DNA from: an uncultured archaeon
Lineage (GTDB): Archaea > Iainarchaeota > Iainarchaeia > Iainarchaeales > CSSED10-239
Direction of reading: 5' to 3'
Length of the DNA: 17,658 nt
Assembly (NCBI GenBank): GCA_964496765.1
Contig: CAZCAP010000007.1
Coordinates: 1 to 17,658, forward strand
Position 1 is the first letter of the stretch. Every line of letters begins with the position of its first letter. Made by a program: the position numbers and the translations under genes. The notes under the pieces were generated by a model that had not been told where the DNA came from, did no database searches, and saw only the letters and a program-made list of their open reading frames with translations. Positions 14,473 to 17,658 of this stretch are shown here, in pieces.

Positions 14473-14505
14473 ATTGTGATATATTTTTATGAAGAGGAAA
14501 AGATT

Positions 14506-15258
14506 ATGGTACCTAGAATGAAAGCATTTACTAAATCATATACTAGAAAGAAAGTTAACAAAAAACTTGATTTAATGAATTATTCAAATCTTGGTTTTTA
14601 TAATCACCAAAAAGTACATATTAATTCAGTATACTTTAGAAATAAGAAAGAATTACTTCCCATGTCAAAATGGAAGTTTATTAAAAAAGTTTCTCGTGCA
14701 ACCTTCTTTGAACTCCCAAATAAGAAAATAATAATTGTAAATCCTGAATTGGTATCTCCTGCATATGGAACCATGACTGCTAGAGATAAAACTAATCAAA
14801 GAAGACAAGTTCTTCTAATACATGAGCTTCTTAAAAGAAAAGTGGACATGGAAATACCAGTTGGATACTTTAAAACAAAAGAAGGTCAATCATACTATGT
14901 TATTTATGCAAAAAAAGGAACACCCCTACCAGATAAACTTGAAAAATCAACTTTACAAGAAAAGAATAGAATTGCAAAACAACTTGCACAAAAGCTTGCA
15001 GAAATACACAACAAAGGTGTAGCCCATGGACACCCATGGTTAAAAAATTGGATAATTAATGACGATGGGGTTCATCTTATTGATACAAAAATGGTTTTAT
15101 TTAAAGATGATTTCCCACACACATCAAAAAGCACATCAAGAAAAATTGAATGGAATGAAATTACAAAAACAGATCTGAATGCTCTTCTTTCTGAATATAA
15201 ATATAATCCAGAACAATTTGAAATTATTAAAAAAGAATATAAAAAGCACATTAAATAG
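14506..15258 (+). CDS. Protein-kinase-like fold protein (Bud32/RIO/Kdo-kinase-like) with the catalytic-loop Asp replaced (HGH instead of HGD)
   Basis: I prefer the internal ATG at 14506 (MVPRMKAF...; GAGG lies 8 nt upstream) because the track start at 14428 sits inside the promoter-like repeat. The segment LAEIHNKGVAHGHPWLKNWIINDDGVHLIDTK aligns by eye with the kinase pattern lH..gi.HGDl...Nil....v.lID. I could not find a glycine-rich loop. Ends in TAG. Confidence 0.45.
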   Translation: MVPRMKAFTKSYTRKKVNKKLDLMNYSNLGFYNHQKVHINSVYFRNKKELLPMSKWKFIKKVSRATFFELPNKKIIIVNPELVSPAYGTMTARDKTNQRRQVLLIHELLKRKVDMEIPVGYFKTKEGQSYYVIYAKKGTPLPDKLEKSTLQEKNRIAKQLAQKLAEIHNKGVAHGHPWLKNWIINDDGVHLIDTKMVLFKDDFPHTSKSTSRKIEWNEITKTDLNALLSEYKYNPEQFEIIKKEYKKHIK

Positions 15259-15268
15259 GAAAATACTA

Positions 15269-17170
15269 ATGGATTCAACTAAAGATAAAAACACAACCCT
15301 GATTTATTTCAGGCATAATAAGTTTCGTGATGGGCAAAAGGAAATAATCACAGACATTCTAACAGCTATAACCGAGAAAAAAAACATTCTTCTTCATGCA
15401 CCAACAGGAAGTGGGAAAACTGATGCTGCTCTTTCAGCAGCAATTACTTTTGCAAAAGAAAACAATAAAAAGATTCTTTTTCTAACCCCAAAAACATCAC
15501 AACACAAAATAGCTTTAGAGGTTATTGCTGACATTAATAAAAAGTATTCTTTAAACCTAAGAGCCATTGATTTTGTTGGAAAAAGAAATTTATGTGTTGA
15601 TCCTGTTGTTTCCCAAACAGGAAATAATTTTTATGAGGTTTGCAAGTATGCAAGAGAGAAAGGACAATGCCCATTCTTTATTAATGCAAGACCAATTGAT
15701 AAAACTAAAAAAGAACTATTGATTTATGATTTAGGTCAAACATTTTCTGAAAAACTAGTTATTTCTCATCATTCAATTAAAGATATTTCTGAAAACTTTA
15801 AAATTGGAGCAGGTAAACCATTCCCTCTTTGTCCCTATGAGGTAGCAAAGATTTATGCAAAGAAATGTAATATAATTATTGCAGATTATTATCATGTTTT
15901 CTCTAAAAAAATATCTGATTCTCTGCTCGGAGAACTTGGAATTAGTCTTTCTGATTGCATACTAATAATAGATGAAGCTCACAACCTAGAAGAAAGACTT
16001 CTCAAGCTCCAATCAAAATCTCTTAACACAATTATATTAAATAAAGCAGCAAAGGAAGCAGGAGATCTTAAGAATAATAATTTAAAAACAACATTACTCT
16101 CTCTTGCAGATGCAATTGAAGTTATTTCTGAAAAAAAGTTAAAGGACAGGGATGAAGAATTTATTAAATCTCAAGAATTAATTTTACAATATGAAAACAA
16201 TATGCTTGAGATTATAGATGAGCTTGAAAAAACAGGACTAGAACACATTGAAAAAACAGGAGAAGGAAGATCTGCTCTCATTACTGTTGCACTTTTTTTA
16301 AATGATTGGTTAATTGATACTCAAACACACATTAAATTTGCAAAAAGAGAAAATAGAGGTGTTTCAATCAAACATAATGCTCTATCAATAACAGAGGTTA
16401 CAAAAAATGTATTTGATAGTTGCTATTGCTCAATCCTCATGTCTGCAACCCTTACTCCAACATCCATGTATCAAGAAATATTTGGATTATCAAAGACATT
16501 GGTTACAAAGGAATATCCATCTCCATTTCCTGAAAAGAACAGACTAGATGTGCTTGTTCCTGGAGTTACAACTAAGTACACAACCAGAAATGAAAATAAT
16601 TATAGGATCTATGGGGATTACATAAACAAATGTGTGAACTCAATTCCTGGTAACGTTGTTATTTTCTTTCCATCCTTTGAAGTGCTTCATTATATTTTAC
16701 CAAACATAAAAATAAATAAACCAAAGATTGTTCAGGAGGAAGGAACAACCTCCAAGGAGTTTGAAGAAATGATAAATCATTTCAAATCAGAATCTAGAAA
16801 GTTTGGAAGTGCATTATTTGCTGTAATGGGAGGAAAGGCCTCCGAAGGAATTGATTTGCCAGGAGATTATTTACTTGGTGCAATTATTGTTGGTGTTCCG
16901 CTAGGTAAAATGGAATTGTTTACAAAAGCAAGAATTGACTACTATGAAAAAAAGTATAAGAAAGGATGGGCCTATGCCTATATCCAGCCAGCAATTCAAA
17001 AAACAATACAAAGTGCAGGAAGAGTAATAAGATCAGAAACCGATAGGGGAGTTGTTATTTTCCTTGATGAGAGATACACATGGCCTAACTATAAGACCTA
17101 TCTTCCAAAAAGCCTTAAGTTAAAGATTACAAGAACCCCAGAAAAGGATATACAAGAGTTCTTTAAATAA
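15269..17170 (+). CDS. xpd: XPD/Rad3-type SF2 DNA helicase with a 4Fe-4S domain
   Basis: I prefer the ATG at 15269 (MDSTKDK...), since the track extension overlaps the upstream gene. Walker A APTGSGKT, DEAH box IIDEAHNL, motif VI QSAGRVIRSETDRG. Four Cys (NLCVDP, EVCKYA, GQCPFF, PLCPYE) are in the position of the XPD FeS cluster. Confidence 0.88.
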   Translation: MDSTKDKNTTLIYFRHNKFRDGQKEIITDILTAITEKKNILLHAPTGSGKTDAALSAAITFAKENNKKILFLTPKTSQHKIALEVIADINKKYSLNLRAIDFVGKRNLCVDPVVSQTGNNFYEVCKYAREKGQCPFFINARPIDKTKKELLIYDLGQTFSEKLVISHHSIKDISENFKIGAGKPFPLCPYEVAKIYAKKCNIIIADYYHVFSKKISDSLLGELGISLSDCILIIDEAHNLEERLLKLQSKSLNTIILNKAAKEAGDLKNNNLKTTLLSLADAIEVISEKKLKDRDEEFIKSQELILQYENNMLEIIDELEKTGLEHIEKTGEGRSALITVALFLNDWLIDTQTHIKFAKRENRGVSIKHNALSITEVTKNVFDSCYCSILMSATLTPTSMYQEIFGLSKTLVTKEYPSPFPEKNRLDVLVPGVTTKYTTRNENNYRIYGDYINKCVNSIPGNVVIFFPSFEVLHYILPNIKINKPKIVQEEGTTSKEFEEMINHFKSESRKFGSALFAVMGGKASEGIDLPGDYLLGAIIVGVPLGKMELFTKARIDYYEKKYKKGWAYAYIQPAIQKTIQSAGRVIRSETDRGVVIFLDERYTWPNYKTYLPKSLKLKITRTPEKDIQEFFK

Positions 17171-17287
17171 AACAATTTATTTATAAATAATTGTGTATAT
17201 ATATTATATTAAGAGTGAACTACTTTTGTGCTTAAATTATTAAAATTCAAACATAAAAATAAATGAAAAAATAAAATGTGATATTAT

Positions 17288-17575
17288 ATGGAACTCCCAA
17301 AATCAATTAAAACATACTGTAAAAAATGTAAAAAACATACTGAACATAAACTTAAGGCCTACAAGGCAAGAAAAGCAAGAACCCTATCCAAGGGAACTAG
17401 AAAGAATGTTGAAAAACATAAGAAAGGTTATGGAGGAATGGCTAAGCACGTTAAAGGTGTTAAAAAGCAAAACAAAAAGCCAGTCTTCACAGCTGAATGT
17501 GCAGTTTGTAAAGCAAAGCACTATTTCGTAATTCCAAAAAGAATGAAGAAAGTAGAAGTGGGTGGAGGAGAATAA
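17288..17575 (+). CDS. rpl44e: Ribosomal protein eL42 (L44e)
   Basis: 95 aa and basic, with the CxxC...CxxC zinc ribbon (CKKCKKHTEHK ... CAVCKAKH) and the KKGYGG motif typical of L44e. Ends in TAA. Confidence 0.9.
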   Translation: MELPKSIKTYCKKCKKHTEHKLKAYKARKARTLSKGTRKNVEKHKKGYGGMAKHVKGVKKQNKKPVFTAECAVCKAKHYFVIPKRMKKVEVGGGE

Positions 17576-17600
17576 AATCTCCCTTTTCCCTAGATATTCC

Positions 17601-17608
17601 TTTTTTTT
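17601..17608 (+). terminator. Oligo-T tract downstream of rpl44e (archaeal-type terminator candidate)
   Basis: A T8 run lies 26 nt after the stop codon, preceded by the pyrimidine-rich stretch ctcccttttccc. Confidence 0.35.
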
Positions 17609-17658
17609 AAAAAACAGTTCTATTTTTAAAAGCTTATTTTAAATATCTATAATATATG

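Noticed and set aside
14428-14505. Longer N-terminal extensions offered by the ORF track: 14428 for the kinase-fold gene, 15179 for xpd, 8494 for the 92-aa gene, 12983 for DUF2207
   Set aside because: The extensions run through promoter-like repeats or overlap the preceding gene. They encode implausible hydrophobic or low-complexity peptides. Internal ATGs with SD sequences or signal-peptide starts fit better.
6795-15278. Other short track ORFs: 6795..7022, 7528..7749, 9901..10098, 13193..13447, 14822..15022, 15072..15278
   Set aside because: Each is fully nested in, and antisense to or out of frame with, a longer gene that has clear family motifs. None has a recognisable motif or an independent start signal.
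1-17658. CRISPR arrays, transposases/IS elements, integrases, restriction-modification or other known defence genes
   Set aside because: I looked for regularly spaced direct repeats and for recombinase, nuclease or ATPase signatures on both strands and found none. The only repeats are the protein-domain repeats and the short intergenic elements reported above.
17656-17658. ATG at the very end of the window as the start of the next gene (S27e often follows L44e in archaea)
   Set aside because: Only three nucleotides are visible, so the call cannot be supported from this window.

Overview
Strongly AT-rich, gene-dense window that reads as archaeal. Evidence: ribosomal protein eL42/L44e, an XPD-type FeS helicase, an intron-containing tRNA-Trp with a bulge-helix-bulge junction, class III (prepilin-like) signal peptides, TATA-like promoters and GGTGAT/GGAGG Shine-Dalgarno sites. 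The small Cys-rich secreted proteins and compact layout suggest a DPANN-like episymbiont metagenome bin, but that is inference only. Gene order: (1) on the minus strand, a >970-aa surface protein running off the left edge; the ORF track misses it because it is 3'-open and starts at TTG. (2) A paralogous pilin-headed Cys-rich gene broken by in-frame TAG and TGA. (3) An MBL/beta-CASP nuclease. (4) tRNA-Trp(CCA) with a 122-nt intron. (5) purF. (6) A nucleotidyltransferase-fold gene whose stop overlaps the start of a 53-codon ORF. (7) lemA. (8) A 92-aa Cys-motif secreted protein. (9) ppsA. (10) A tightly packed flavodoxin/ferredoxin - SGNH hydrolase - DUF2207 operon. (11) On the plus strand, a kinase-fold protein lacking the catalytic Asp, XPD, and eL42. 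I found no CRISPR array, transposase, integrase or recognisable defence gene. The most unusual content is: the pilin-headed adhesin locus with its duplicated promoter/leader/signal module; the tRNA-Trp intron carrying a box C/D-like antisense element; and two families of near-identical intergenic elements placed at matching positions upstream of unrelated genes. All family assignments are motif-level recognition by eye, not database searches.
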